64,000 nucleotides of DNA, taken from assembly GCA_034506395.1 (NCBI GenBank), contig JAPDPQ010000003.1, positions 162,818 to 226,817 of the forward strand. The letters are read 5' to 3'. The stretch comes from Candidatus Zhuqueibacterota bacterium. Its GTDB lineage: Bacteria > Zhuqueibacterota > Zhuqueibacteria > Thermofontimicrobiales > Thermofontimicrobiaceae. This document shows positions 42,525 to 52,523 of this stretch, in pieces; position 1 is the stretch's first letter; each line of letters begins with the position of its first letter. Both the position numbers and the translations under genes were made by a program. The notes under the pieces are model-generated. The model saw only the letters and a list, made by a program, of their open reading frames with translations, was not told the DNA's origin and did not search any database.

Positions 42525-42809
42525 TTAGTCCCCTGGCCGGTTTAGGGCATCCTGCAATAACTTCGAACAATTGAAGCGTACTGTTTTATAGGCAGGAATG
42601 CGCACCGTTTCCCCGGACTTTGGATTTCTGCCAATCCTTTCCGAGCGTTGTACTACTTGAAATCGACCAAATCCCCTGATTTCGATGCGATGCCCTGCTT
42701 TCAACGCATTACGCATAGTAGCAAACAACCCATCCACAACAGCGGCTGTTTCCACTTTGGTCAATCCCGTTCCCTCAGCAATGATATCGACTAAATCGGC
42801 TTTGGTCAT
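42525..42809 (-). CDS. HU/IHF family DNA-binding protein (second copy)
   Basis: HU fold signature (IRGFGRF...RNPKSGE). Confidence 0.85.
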   Translation of the reverse strand: MTKADLVDIIAEGTGLTKVETAAVVDGLFATMRNALKAGHRIEIRGFGRFQVVQRSERIGRNPKSGETVRIPAYKTVRFNCSKLLQDALNRPGD

Positions 42810-42994
42810 TGCAGTCCCCTTTTCTCTGATCCAGATTTGTTTGTCCCTGCATTTCGAGTCAATCTGATTTTATAGATCATTAACCCAATTTGCAGAGATC
42901 CATTCACTCATTTAACCCCCAAATTCATTGCGCTCGCATTTCTTCGCCGCTGCAACAGGGGCTATCCAATTTTAGCTCATCCATTTTCACGCCG

Positions 42995-43234
42995 TTAATG
43001 ACAATGGGCGCAACTGCTGCTGCTACAACTGCTACACGATGAGGAGGCACTGCTTGCAACGGTTTTGCCACCAGAACTGAATCCGAACGCGGACATCAAT
43101 CGCTGAGCACGATCCGAGTGACATCCAGGGCAAGTCACTTTTATCGATTGATTGGTATTGCTGATAAGCTCATCGAACACCAGTGAACAATCGAGGCATT
43201 GAAATTCATATATTGGCATTTCGATCACCTTCAT
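42995..43234 (-). CDS. FmdB-family zinc-ribbon protein
   Basis: MPIYEFQCLDC...CPGC pattern, Ser/Cys-rich tail. Confidence 0.7.
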   Translation of the reverse strand: MKVIEMPIYEFQCLDCSLVFDELISNTNQSIKVTCPGCHSDRAQRLMSAFGFSSGGKTVASSASSSCSSCSSSSCAHCH

Positions 43235-43953
43235 TTTTTAAGCGAATCAGATGAGACAAATTTTATCTTTTTATCAACTCCAAGCCAAGAAATACACAGC
43301 CTTTTAGCAGTCATTTGTTGCCTGAGCCATGCTAGTGAAAAATCCAGCCAATGTTTTTCGATAAATTTGTCAATCCTCTTTGAAAAATCAGATAACTTTT
43401 AGATTTTGAAGCCATAAAAATACTAAAATATATTTTAAAAGTCAATAGCGAAAATGGAAAAGATCCATTCTTTGGTCTTATGGATGAATCAAACTCTTAT
43501 GGATCCGATCGCCCAATTGCGTTCTGCCCGGTAATCGCTGGAGATCAAGATCGCTTAATTTTTGAAGTCCAGAATTGATTCCAACACACAAACTGACGAT
43601 CAATTTAACAGCGGAACACCTATGGATCAACCAGGAGAGTTGATGCACAAAATGGTATCGCTTTTTGCATGATTGCTCATACCGGCAAGATGCCTTTTGT
43701 CAATTAATATCTGATTTGAGATGATGGGCTGAAAGGTTGTGTTTGAAACCTAATTTGGAACACCTGAGTTTAAAATGTGCACTGATGAAATATTTTCGTT
43801 GGCATTTAGAAAAAAAATTGATATATTGACCAGCTAAAAAATTCCAAATTGCCATTGTGAACTGATCAAACTTCACGATAAAGTCAGGCTAAGCCTTGAT
43901 ATTCGAATGGTGCGCGTCGATTTCAGCTGAAAGACGCGTTTCTTATAAGAAGG

Positions 43954-45273
43954 ATGATGAATCTTCAGCCAATCCCTCAGAACGAGAGGAATAACACTTT
44001 GCTCGATGTAGATCTACTGATAATTAATGCGAAACAATTGCTTGTTCCAGCGATCGATCATGACAAAAGCCGGCTTCAGATTATTGAAAATGGCTATGTA
44101 GCAGTCCGCGATGGAAAAATTGCGCGCTATGGTTTGATGGAAACGATGCCGGATCAGCTTCGCACCAATCCAAATAGCAAGGTAATCGATGCGGCGGATC
44201 GGATAGTGACTCCTGGCTTTGTCGATGCTCATACCCATCCTATTTTCTATGGCACTCGCGAGGCAGAGTTCATCATGCGGTGCCAGGGCAAAACTTATCA
44301 AGAAATAGCCGAATCTGGTGGGGGCATTCGACTGAGCGTGCGACAATTGCGGGCCGCCTCCAAGGATCAATTGATCAAGCATGCCCTCCCTCATCTGGAC
44401 CGGTTTCTTAGCCTTGGGACTACCACGATCGAGGCGAAAAGCGGTTATGGTCTTTCTCTCGAGGATGAAATCAAATCTCTGGAAGTGATTCAAGAACTGA
44501 ATCGACTGCATCCCATCGATTTGATCCCGACCTTTCTCGGAGCGCACGAGATCCCCGATGAGTATCGCCAGCGGCGCGATCAATATATCGATCTGATCAT
44601 CAACGAAATGATCCCCCTGGTTGCCGAAAGGAACTTGGCAGAGTTTTGCGATATCTTTTGTGAAACCCATGTGTTCGACCTGAAAGAATCTGAGAAAATT
44701 TTAACGGCAGCCCGAGATCACGGATTTAAGATAAAGATTCATGCGGATCAACTCACTGACAGCGGTGGTGCTGCTTTGGCGGCGAAATTGGGCGCGGTTT
44801 CCGCCGATCATCTCGATTTTATCACCCCATCCGCCATTGACCAGCTCAAACAAGCAGGTACAGTGCCCGTTTTGCTGCCAGGGGCTGTGTTTTTCCTCGG
44901 CCAGCGCCAATACGCTCCCGCAAGACAAATGATCGATGCTGGTCTGCCAGTCGCACTGGCAACCGATTTCAATCCCGGCAGTTGCATGACCGAATCCATG
45001 CCCATGATGATGACGCTTGGCTGCATTTATATGAAAATGCTACCAGAAGAGGCTTGGTTGGCCACTACACTCCACGCGGCCCAAGCCGTGGATCGCAACG
45101 GCAAGCTAGGATGCCTGGAACCCGATGCCGCCGCTGATTTGGTCATCTGGAATATCCCGAATTATCAGTATCTGCCATATCACTTTGGTGTGAATTTGGT
45201 GGATCAGGTCATTAAAAATGGGGAATTGGTTTTTACTCAGCAAGAATTTCAACTCATGAGAGGCATAATATGA
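43954..45273 (+). CDS. hutI: Imidazolonepropionase-like amidohydrolase (HutI family)
   Basis: TPGFVDAHTHP, GGGIRLSVRQLRAAS and KIHADQL motifs typical of HutI; no hutH/hutU/hutG nearby. Confidence 0.6.
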   Translation: MMNLQPIPQNERNNTLLDVDLLIINAKQLLVPAIDHDKSRLQIIENGYVAVRDGKIARYGLMETMPDQLRTNPNSKVIDAADRIVTPGFVDAHTHPIFYGTREAEFIMRCQGKTYQEIAESGGGIRLSVRQLRAASKDQLIKHALPHLDRFLSLGTTTIEAKSGYGLSLEDEIKSLEVIQELNRLHPIDLIPTFLGAHEIPDEYRQRRDQYIDLIINEMIPLVAERNLAEFCDIFCETHVFDLKESEKILTAARDHGFKIKIHADQLTDSGGAALAAKLGAVSADHLDFITPSAIDQLKQAGTVPVLLPGAVFFLGQRQYAPARQMIDAGLPVALATDFNPGSCMTESMPMMMTLGCIYMKMLPEEAWLATTLHAAQAVDRNGKLGCLEPDAAADLVIWNIPNYQYLPYHFGVNLVDQVIKNGELVFTQQEFQLMRGII

Positions 45274-46466
45274 TACAACGGAGATTTTGGCTACTGCTAT
45301 TCGGTTTAATAGTATTGTTCAACTGTCAAAAGGATCGCCCTTTGCCCACCGGCTACGAAACTTTGTTCGGTAATAGAGAAGGACAAATCGCCAATACCAC
45401 CATATTCACCTCGTTCGGAAGTGAAACAGGTTTCAGCCGCACGATCAATACGGGCAATGGATATAATTTATTGATCGGCAATTATCAGAATTACCGACTG
45501 GCCATTTATCTCAAATTCAGCAATTTGCCAGATAGCGCTCGGATCCATGAGGCTAAGCTGTATTTAAAATCCAATACAATCGATTCGACATTGTTGAGCC
45601 CCGATCGTGCTTTCGACATGGCGATCTATCGAGCCAATTATCAATGGGACAATGAGCAGGACCCTGAAGCCTATTTGGATCAATTACCATTTTTCGGCCC
45701 ATATTTGAAAATTGAGACTGTGGCGCCTGATTCCGTGGGCAAAATCGTTCTCCAATTGGATGCCGGATTGGTAACTGATTGGGCGGATACGACCACTGGA
45801 GCGCCCAATTACGGCATTTGGATCACCAGCCCCAGCCTCATTGGCTTGCGGAGCTTCTATTCCGTTGAAAACGCAGATGCGACTGTAAAACCACAACTGA
45901 CTTTCATCTATACTCCAAAAGATTCGTCCGCATCGTTTCGCGACACCACCACAGTGACTGCTTCAGCAGACGCCTTCTTGGTTATCAACCCAAATGAAGT
46001 GACTGGTGGGCTCGATCCAAATTTCATTTATGTTGGAAAAGGGCTGGCTTTTCGAAGCGTCATCCGATTTGATCTCAGTCAGTTGGACTCAACGACCCAT
46101 ATCAACCGAGCGCTTTTGAAAATTGTGGTCAACAGCGGCCGAAGTTTCCCAAGCATTTCAGCCGCCAGCGAAACTTACATCTTGCGGAAAGCTGAGATTA
46201 GCACCATCAAAGGTGAAATCGATGAAAATCCATCCACCAGCGGATTCACTGGTACGCTAAGCGATAGCACGCTGACCTTTGATGTCACTTCAGTCGTTCA
46301 AGGATGGTTGAATAATAATTTCCCCAATTATGGCTTTTTGGTGCGCTCACTCAACGAGACTCAATCTCTGGCACGGGTCGCTTTTTATTCATCGAAATCC
46401 GGCTTGACCAATCTGCAGCCACGACTTGAACTGTACTACACGACCCCAGCGAGGCAAGAATTTTGA
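45270..46466 (+). CDS. Lipoprotein with two tandem DNRLRE-like domains
   Basis: Lipobox (LFNCQ); internal duplication (NYRLAIYLKFSNLP...EAKLYLK vs AFRSVIRFDLSQLD...RALLKIVV; both halves end in ...PQLTFIYT / PRLELYYT). Its ATG overlaps the hutI stop (ATGA). Confidence 0.5.
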   Translation: MIQRRFWLLLFGLIVLFNCQKDRPLPTGYETLFGNREGQIANTTIFTSFGSETGFSRTINTGNGYNLLIGNYQNYRLAIYLKFSNLPDSARIHEAKLYLKSNTIDSTLLSPDRAFDMAIYRANYQWDNEQDPEAYLDQLPFFGPYLKIETVAPDSVGKIVLQLDAGLVTDWADTTTGAPNYGIWITSPSLIGLRSFYSVENADATVKPQLTFIYTPKDSSASFRDTTTVTASADAFLVINPNEVTGGLDPNFIYVGKGLAFRSVIRFDLSQLDSTTHINRALLKIVVNSGRSFPSISAASETYILRKAEISTIKGEIDENPSTSGFTGTLSDSTLTFDVTSVVQGWLNNNFPNYGFLVRSLNETQSLARVAFYSSKSGLTNLQPRLELYYTTPARQEF

Positions 46467-46555
46467 GCCGATTGGGTGAATTGGTCTCAATCATCGTCGC
46501 AATAAACCTTATCGATTTGATCAATCAGATTCCTAAAATTCTGGAGATCGAAAGA

Positions 46556-47779
46556 ATGAATAAACGCTATTCGAAATTATTCCTCATCATTATCACATTG
46601 TTAGTCGCAAGCAAGGTTCTTGCGGGTTCATTTTATAATTCCCGCGGCTTGGGTGAGATGAAGCTTGTGTCCAGCGCCCAAGCGATCGCCATGGGCCATT
46701 GTCTAATCGCGGTGCCAGATTTTTACCAAATCAATGTGCTGAACCCTGCCGGTCTCGTCTTTATGCCTATCGCACGATTATCTGGTGATTTTATTCACGA
46801 AGGCATTTGGAGCACGGCTCACCAGGCCGACGGGTTCACCAAATACACCAATCTGAACGGAATCGCTTTCGCTGTCCCGCTCCAATACCAAAAGCTCGTG
46901 ACAGCCATCAGCCTAATTCCATCCAGCCAATACGATTATGAGTACAGTGAACCCGGCAGTATTAATGATTTCGGTTTCACAAAACGATTGAGAGCCAAAG
47001 GCGGACTGAACAAAATCTCTTTCGGTTTCGGTTTCGCAATGGCAAAAGAAATCTATCTAGGAAGCAATCTCAATGTCAATTTCGGTAAATTCGAACAAAC
47101 CTGGTCGGTGGATTATGTCTCCGATCTGTTCTGGGACTCTTTCAATCGATTGACTCGCAAGATGCATGGCATGAACTGGACCATCGGAATCGTGTTTCAG
47201 CCTGTCTCGCAGCTCTACCTGGGAGGCATTTTTTCTAATCCATACCGCTTAAAATATAGCGACGAACTCATTAATTACACTCAAAAATCTTCATCAGTCT
47301 ACACAGTCGATCAATTCACAAAGGATCAGAAACATGTAACGGTCCCTCGAATGTGGGGTGCTGGTCTTTCGTTCAAATTGAAAGAAAAATTGCTATTCAG
47401 TTCCGATTTCAGCCTTCAGCCATGGTCGGAATTGACCACCGATTCTCAGTTATCATCTGAATATCGGGATAGCTACCGATGGGGCTTGGGAATCGAACGA
47501 TTGCCTAGTAAAAACATGATCGCGAGCTATTATGATCGGATGAGCTACCGCGCTGGTTTCTCTTATCAACAATTGAATTTCAAAACTGAAGGTGAACCAG
47601 TGGAGGAATACGGTATCAGTCTGGGGGTTGGGCTCCCCTATTCCGAAGGCTGGGGGAGAATGGACGTTGCGCTCCGCTACGCCTGGCGCGGCGATCTTTC
47701 GATCAACCCAGTCAAAGAAGATATTTTCCAATTGGTAATCTCAGTTGCTACTGGTGAAAAATGGTTCGTTCGGAGATAA
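46556..47779 (+). CDS. Outer-membrane beta-barrel protein, FadL/PorV-like
   Basis: Signal peptide MNKRYSKLFLIIITLLVASKVLAG; GLGEMKLVSSAQAIAMGHCLIAV...NPAGL motif. The ORF runs from 46463 but start chosen at MNKRYS. Confidence 0.5.
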   Translation: MNKRYSKLFLIIITLLVASKVLAGSFYNSRGLGEMKLVSSAQAIAMGHCLIAVPDFYQINVLNPAGLVFMPIARLSGDFIHEGIWSTAHQADGFTKYTNLNGIAFAVPLQYQKLVTAISLIPSSQYDYEYSEPGSINDFGFTKRLRAKGGLNKISFGFGFAMAKEIYLGSNLNVNFGKFEQTWSVDYVSDLFWDSFNRLTRKMHGMNWTIGIVFQPVSQLYLGGIFSNPYRLKYSDELINYTQKSSSVYTVDQFTKDQKHVTVPRMWGAGLSFKLKEKLLFSSDFSLQPWSELTTDSQLSSEYRDSYRWGLGIERLPSKNMIASYYDRMSYRAGFSYQQLNFKTEGEPVEEYGISLGVGLPYSEGWGRMDVALRYAWRGDLSINPVKEDIFQLVISVATGEKWFVRR

Positions 47780-47845
47780 TAGTGTTCAATCGGCTTTGCT
47801 GAATCGAGAAATGGTCTTAGTCTCAAAATTCATATTTTAATCGGA

Positions 47846-47875
47846 TAATGTCACTCCTGCGAATGAAGGAATCCC
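47846..47875 (+). repeat. AATGTCA-leader hairpin element, copy 1 (aatgtcactcctgcgaatgaaggaatcccc)
   Basis: Near-identical 5' half to the copy at 49746; lies 65 bp after the OMP stop. Confidence 0.6.
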
Positions 47876-48156
47876 CCTATGAATCGTTATGCTGTCAAAA
47901 TTTGATAGCTCCACGAACGGATATGACCATTGTTGCGGTCTTCATTATTGTGGAGCAGAAAGCGGTCAATGCGCTTTATTTAGATATTAATCGAAATTAA
48001 GACATCTTTGCTTTTATCGCGACCAATAGCTAAGAAGATTGAAATGAATTAACTTTTTTCTTGCATTTTAAAAAAAAGTTTTTAAATTCAACTCCCTTAA
48101 AATATGTTAATCGTCAAATCAGCTATAATTATCACACTGAATCAAGGAGAAGAACA

Positions 48157-49443
48157 ATGAGGACTTTGAATGCATTAAGTCCGTTTCGGCTCTTCGGGAT
48201 GCTACTCACACTCGCCCTGTTCGTCATTGCAGTCTTAGTGAACTTTCATTGTGCACCAACCACCCAACAAACTGGACCCGTGATCGACGATGCGCGACAA
48301 AAGGCCATTCGGGATTCGTTGCGCAAGGTTTATGAATATGAACTTAATAAGACCTGGAGCACTGCATTTGAGCATTACAAGAACAAAAATTATGAGAGTG
48401 CAATCAATCCGTTCTGGAAAGTCATTGAGCTTGACACCATCGAACGATTCAAAGATCAAAAATATGCGTTATTATCAGATTCCTATATCAAGCTGAATAA
48501 ACCTGATTCAGCTCAGATCGTACTGGAAATGGGCGTGAAAGCATATCCAGGAAATGCCTATTTGCATCGAACCCTGGCTTATTTTTTAGATAGTCGTGGG
48601 CAAACCGAGGAGGCCATCGCAGAGTACCAAAAAGCTACGGAGATAGATCCTTCGCGGCCAGCCGATTGGAAGGCTCTCGGGAATTTGTACATCAAGACCA
48701 ATCAAATCCAAGAAGCCACCCAGGCGTTCGAAAAGGCAGCCGAGCTAGACCCAAAAGATCAGGACACGCAGAAGATACTTAGCCGGCTCTATAAAACCAC
48801 TGGGGATTCTGAAGCAGCCATCAAGCGCATGGAAGAAGTCAAACGGCTTGATCCCAATAATGCCGAAAATTTATTCAATCTCGGCCGAGAATATTTTAAT
48901 CTTGGGGATTTCAACAATGCCATACTGAATCTGGAATTGATGCTGAAGCTCAAGCCCAATGATGTCACTGCCATGGAGTATTTGGGCAATGCATTGCAAA
49001 ATCGCGGTGACTTCCGGCGTGCCATCAATGTCTATAATGAGATCCTCAAGTTGAAATCAGATAATATTAAAGTGATGTGCGATATGGCCACCTCGTACCG
49101 CGAGTTGGGGCAGTTCCCGACAGCGCGCAATTACGCTCGACAAGCGCTCAGTATCGATCCGAAATACGGCTTGGCCCGCATTGTAATTGGTGAAATCTAT
49201 GAAAGCGCTGCTGAAAAATGCTACACCGCTCGCGGCAAAAAAATGCCCGAGTTCGATGATAAGCTCATTTATGATCTGGCCTATCAGGAATACTCGAAAG
49301 CTGCCCAGGACCCACAATTCCGAGACCTGGCTGAAAGGAAAATGAACTACGTGAGTCAATCTCGACCCACCAAAGAAGACCTATTTTTTCACAAAGGACA
49401 AACAAAACCCAAAGATCCCTGCTACGATTGGATCTATAAATAA
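48157..49443 (+). CDS. TPR-repeat protein with N-terminal signal anchor
   Basis: Multiple TPR repeats; start at MRTLNAL with AAGGAG RBS. Confidence 0.75.
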   Translation: MRTLNALSPFRLFGMLLTLALFVIAVLVNFHCAPTTQQTGPVIDDARQKAIRDSLRKVYEYELNKTWSTAFEHYKNKNYESAINPFWKVIELDTIERFKDQKYALLSDSYIKLNKPDSAQIVLEMGVKAYPGNAYLHRTLAYFLDSRGQTEEAIAEYQKATEIDPSRPADWKALGNLYIKTNQIQEATQAFEKAAELDPKDQDTQKILSRLYKTTGDSEAAIKRMEEVKRLDPNNAENLFNLGREYFNLGDFNNAILNLELMLKLKPNDVTAMEYLGNALQNRGDFRRAINVYNEILKLKSDNIKVMCDMATSYRELGQFPTARNYARQALSIDPKYGLARIVIGEIYESAAEKCYTARGKKMPEFDDKLIYDLAYQEYSKAAQDPQFRDLAERKMNYVSQSRPTKEDLFFHKGQTKPKDPCYDWIYK

Positions 49444-49449
49444 ATTCTC

Positions 49450-49485
49450 TCAGTCGAAGCGGCTGTCGCCAACCGCTTCGACTGA
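49450..49485 (+). terminator. 13-bp perfect stem-loop (tcagtcgaagcgg...ccgcttcgactga) immediately after the TPR gene stop
   Basis: Seen in sequence; the downstream T-tract is weak. Confidence 0.45.
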
Positions 49486-49745
49486 ACTCGTTTGTCTTAC
49501 AAAAAGGGCATTCAGCGAATGTCACATTCTCATTTCTCTGCTCGCTTTTCCTGTGCTATACGATCTCGTCAACGGATGTTTTTTGATCTAAAATTCTGTC
49601 CAAAAAGCTGAGTGCAGAGAGAATCAAACTATTTAACTGATTCCATCCCTGCAACCGATGGAATCAGTCCCAATGAACTGTAACACCGTTGATTCAATCG
49701 CTCCAAGCAATGGAACTTGTTTCGCGATCAAACAATATTGAACGA

Positions 49746-49780
49746 AAATGTCACTCCTGCAAATGCAGGAGTCTCTTTTG
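49746..49780 (+). repeat. AATGTCA-leader hairpin element, copy 2: perfect 8-bp stem (actcctgc-aaat-gcaggagt) followed by CTCTTTTG
   Basis: Seen in sequence; shaped like an intrinsic terminator. Confidence 0.65.
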
Positions 49781-50133
49781 CCCAATGATATGACAAATCA
49801 AAAGATGCCGGGCTCATCATTGGTGGACGAGCTGACTCCTATTTTTTTAAAATATTCGTCTCGCTGAAGACAAGAAAGGAATCGAAAAAATTTAACAATG
49901 ATATAAATACCTTGAAAGACCAAGCGCTTGCGCTTGAGTGCCTTCGAGTCCTGGCTTCAAGGTGCCAGTCAGATCATAGTATTTAAGGAAAATTGTTTCA
50001 TTAGGCCGAGATGTACCGAGATAAGGAACGAACCTGCTGACCTTTTCGAGAAGATTGAAAAGAAAAATGATCGTTGTTTTCGCTCCCTTTTCGGGAAGAA
50101 ATTCAAACTGTTGATGTGAGCCAAAAATCTCCT

Positions 50134-50574
50134 ATGATCATTGCATTAGCATCGGATCATGCTGGCTTCGAGTTGAAGATGAAGATCAAGCAGTTTTTAG
50201 ACCAACTTGGTCTCAGTGTAGAAGATTTTGGTACTTTCAAAACTGACTCGGTCGATTATCCTGACTATGGCATTTTGGCAGCGCGGGCGGTGTCGAAAGG
50301 CAAGGCGGACCGTGGGATACTGGTCTGCGGAACTGGGATCGGCATGTCGGTGGTCGCCAATAAAGTTAAAGGCATCCGCGCAGCGCTGTGCACTACTCTG
50401 GAGATGGCTGAGCAAAGCCGGCGGCATGTCAACTCCAATGTGCTTGTCTTGGGCGGGAGAATCATCGATCACGATCTGGCTTTGCAGATCGTAGCAATCT
50501 GGTTGAAAACTCCTTTCGAGGGCGAACGACATTTGCGACGCGTGGTCAAAATTCATCAATTGACTGGATGTTAA
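50134..50574 (+). CDS. rpiB: Ribose-5-phosphate isomerase B
   Basis: MIIALASDHAG...CGTGIGMS signature. Confidence 0.9.
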   Translation: MIIALASDHAGFELKMKIKQFLDQLGLSVEDFGTFKTDSVDYPDYGILAARAVSKGKADRGILVCGTGIGMSVVANKVKGIRAALCTTLEMAEQSRRHVNSNVLVLGGRIIDHDLALQIVAIWLKTPFEGERHLRRVVKIHQLTGC

Positions 50575-50639
50575 CATGCGGGATCCAAGATCCGTAGTAA
50601 TTTTGATCTCAAATGAATTATCGAACAAAAGGAACGATC

Positions 50640-51932
50640 ATGAAAAATTTGAAAGAAGTTGATCCAGAAGTCTATGAGGCGATCAAATTGGAAGTTGCTC
50701 GACAGAATGATAAATTAGAGATGATCGCATCGGAGAATTTTGTGAGCCTCGCCGTATTACAGGCAATGGGGCAGGTCATGACCAATAAATATGCGGAAGG
50801 CTATCCAGGCAAGCGCTATTATGGCGGCTGCGCTTATGTGGATATTGCTGAGGAGCTGGCTCGCGAACGCGCTAAGAAATTGTTCAACGCCGAATACGCC
50901 AATGTGCAACCCCATTCTGGGTCTCAGGCCAATATCGCCACTTACTTTGCCTTTGCTAACCCTGGGGATACTGTGATGGGAATGAACCTCGATCATGGAG
51001 GGCATCTCACTCATGGCAGCCCGGTGAATTTTTCAGGTCGATTGTTTCGTATCGTCTCCTATGGGGTGAATCGCGAGACTGGGTACATCGACATGGATCA
51101 GGTGCGGGACTTGGCGCTCAAAGAGCGGCCGAAATTGATCATTACTGGCGCTAGCGCTTATCCACGGGAGATCGATTACGCGGCGTTCCGAGAAATTGCC
51201 GATCAAGTGGGTGCCAAACTGGTCGCTGACATCGCCCATCCTGCCGGGCTGATCGCTGCCGGGCTGATTGGCAGCCCTATCCCCTATTGTCATGCCGTCA
51301 CTTCTACCACGCATAAAACGCTGCGTGGGCCGCGTGGCGGATTGATTTTGGTCGGCAAGGACACGGAAAATGATTTAGGTCAGCGAACGCCAAAGGGAAC
51401 GCTCAAGACTTGGGGACAGATCATCGATTCCAATGTGTTCCCTGGATTTCAAGGCGGGCCGTTGATGCATGTCATTGCTGCAAAGGCTGTCGCTTTTAAA
51501 GAGGCGTTATCCCCAGAGTTCAAGGCTTATTCGCAGCAGGTCATTAACAACGCAAAAGCGTTGGCACAAAAACTAATCAGCCTCGATTATCATTTGATTT
51601 CCAATGGCACGGATACCCATCTCATGCTGGTCGATTTGCGCAATAAAGGGCTCACAGGCAAGCAGGCTGAAACTGCTCTGGAACAGGCGGGGATTACTGT
51701 GAATAAAAATATGGTCCCATTCGATGATCAAAGCCCATTCGTGACCAGCGGGATCCGCATCGGGACTCCCGCACTTACCACTCGGGGCATGAAAGAGAAA
51801 GAAATGATTGAGATCGGCGATTTGATCAATAAAGTGTTGACCAATATCGGCAATGAGACCGTTTATCATCAGGTGCGATCCAAAGTGTACGAGCTTTGTC
51901 AACAATTCCCGCTCTACCAATTTGAATTCTAA
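50640..51932 (+). CDS. glyA: Serine hydroxymethyltransferase
   Basis: PLP-binding [14 protein letters not shown] motif; full-length SHMT. Confidence 0.95.
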   Translation: MKNLKEVDPEVYEAIKLEVARQNDKLEMIASENFVSLAVLQAMGQVMTNKYAEGYPGKRYYGGCAYVDIAEELARERAKKLFNAEYANVQPHSGSQANIATYFAFANPGDTVMGMNLDHGGHLTHGSPVNFSGRLFRIVSYGVNRETGYIDMDQVRDLALKERPKLIITGASAYPREIDYAAFREIADQVGAKLVADIAHPAGLIAAGLIGSPIPYCHAVTSTTHKTLRGPRGGLILVGKDTENDLGQRTPKGTLKTWGQIIDSNVFPGFQGGPLMHVIAAKAVAFKEALSPEFKAYSQQVINNAKALAQKLISLDYHLISNGTDTHLMLVDLRNKGLTGKQAETALEQAGITVNKNMVPFDDQSPFVTSGIRIGTPALTTRGMKEKEMIEIGDLINKVLTNIGNETVYHQVRSKVYELCQQFPLYQFEF

Positions 51933-51949
51933 CCAGCCGAAGGCTAGAT

Positions 51950-52396
51950 ATGCGTTGTCCATTTTGTGGTACTTCTGATAGCAAAGTCATCGATTCGCGA
52001 GCCAAAAGTGATGGCAAGGTCATTCGGCGCAGGCGCGAATGTCTTTCTTGTAAACGGCGGTTCACCACCAAAGAATATGTCGAAGAGAACCCGATTTTGG
52101 TCATCAAATGTGACCAGCGTCGCGAGGCTTTCAATCGAGAAAAATTGAAACAGGGAATCCTTCTGGCCTGTACCAAGCGCCCTATTTCCATGGCGCAAAT
52201 CGATGCTGTGGTGAGCTATATCGAGAACTCGCTAAAAGATCAATCGAAGGAGGAAGTCACCTCCAAGGAAATCGGCGAAATGGTCATGGAGCAGCTCAAA
52301 AAACTCGATCAAGTAGCTTACGTGCGATTCGCCTCGGTTTACCGCAATTTTCAGGCGATGGATGAATTCATCAATGAAATTCAGGGACTCAAGTAG
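51950..52396 (+). CDS. nrdR: Transcriptional repressor NrdR
   Basis: MRCPFCG zinc ribbon plus ATP-cone. Confidence 0.93.
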   Translation: MRCPFCGTSDSKVIDSRAKSDGKVIRRRRECLSCKRRFTTKEYVEENPILVIKCDQRREAFNREKLKQGILLACTKRPISMAQIDAVVSYIENSLKDQSKEEVTSKEIGEMVMEQLKKLDQVAYVRFASVYRNFQAMDEFINEIQGLK

Positions 52397-52523
52397 CGCT
52401 CATTCAATCCGATCAAACAAAAGTTGTCAGCTTAATGAGACTGTTATCTTATGCTGAGGAATTTTATGATTGTTGTCTCGTACAACGTTTTTCATCTATG
52501 CATTCATCATAATGTGAGGTAAA

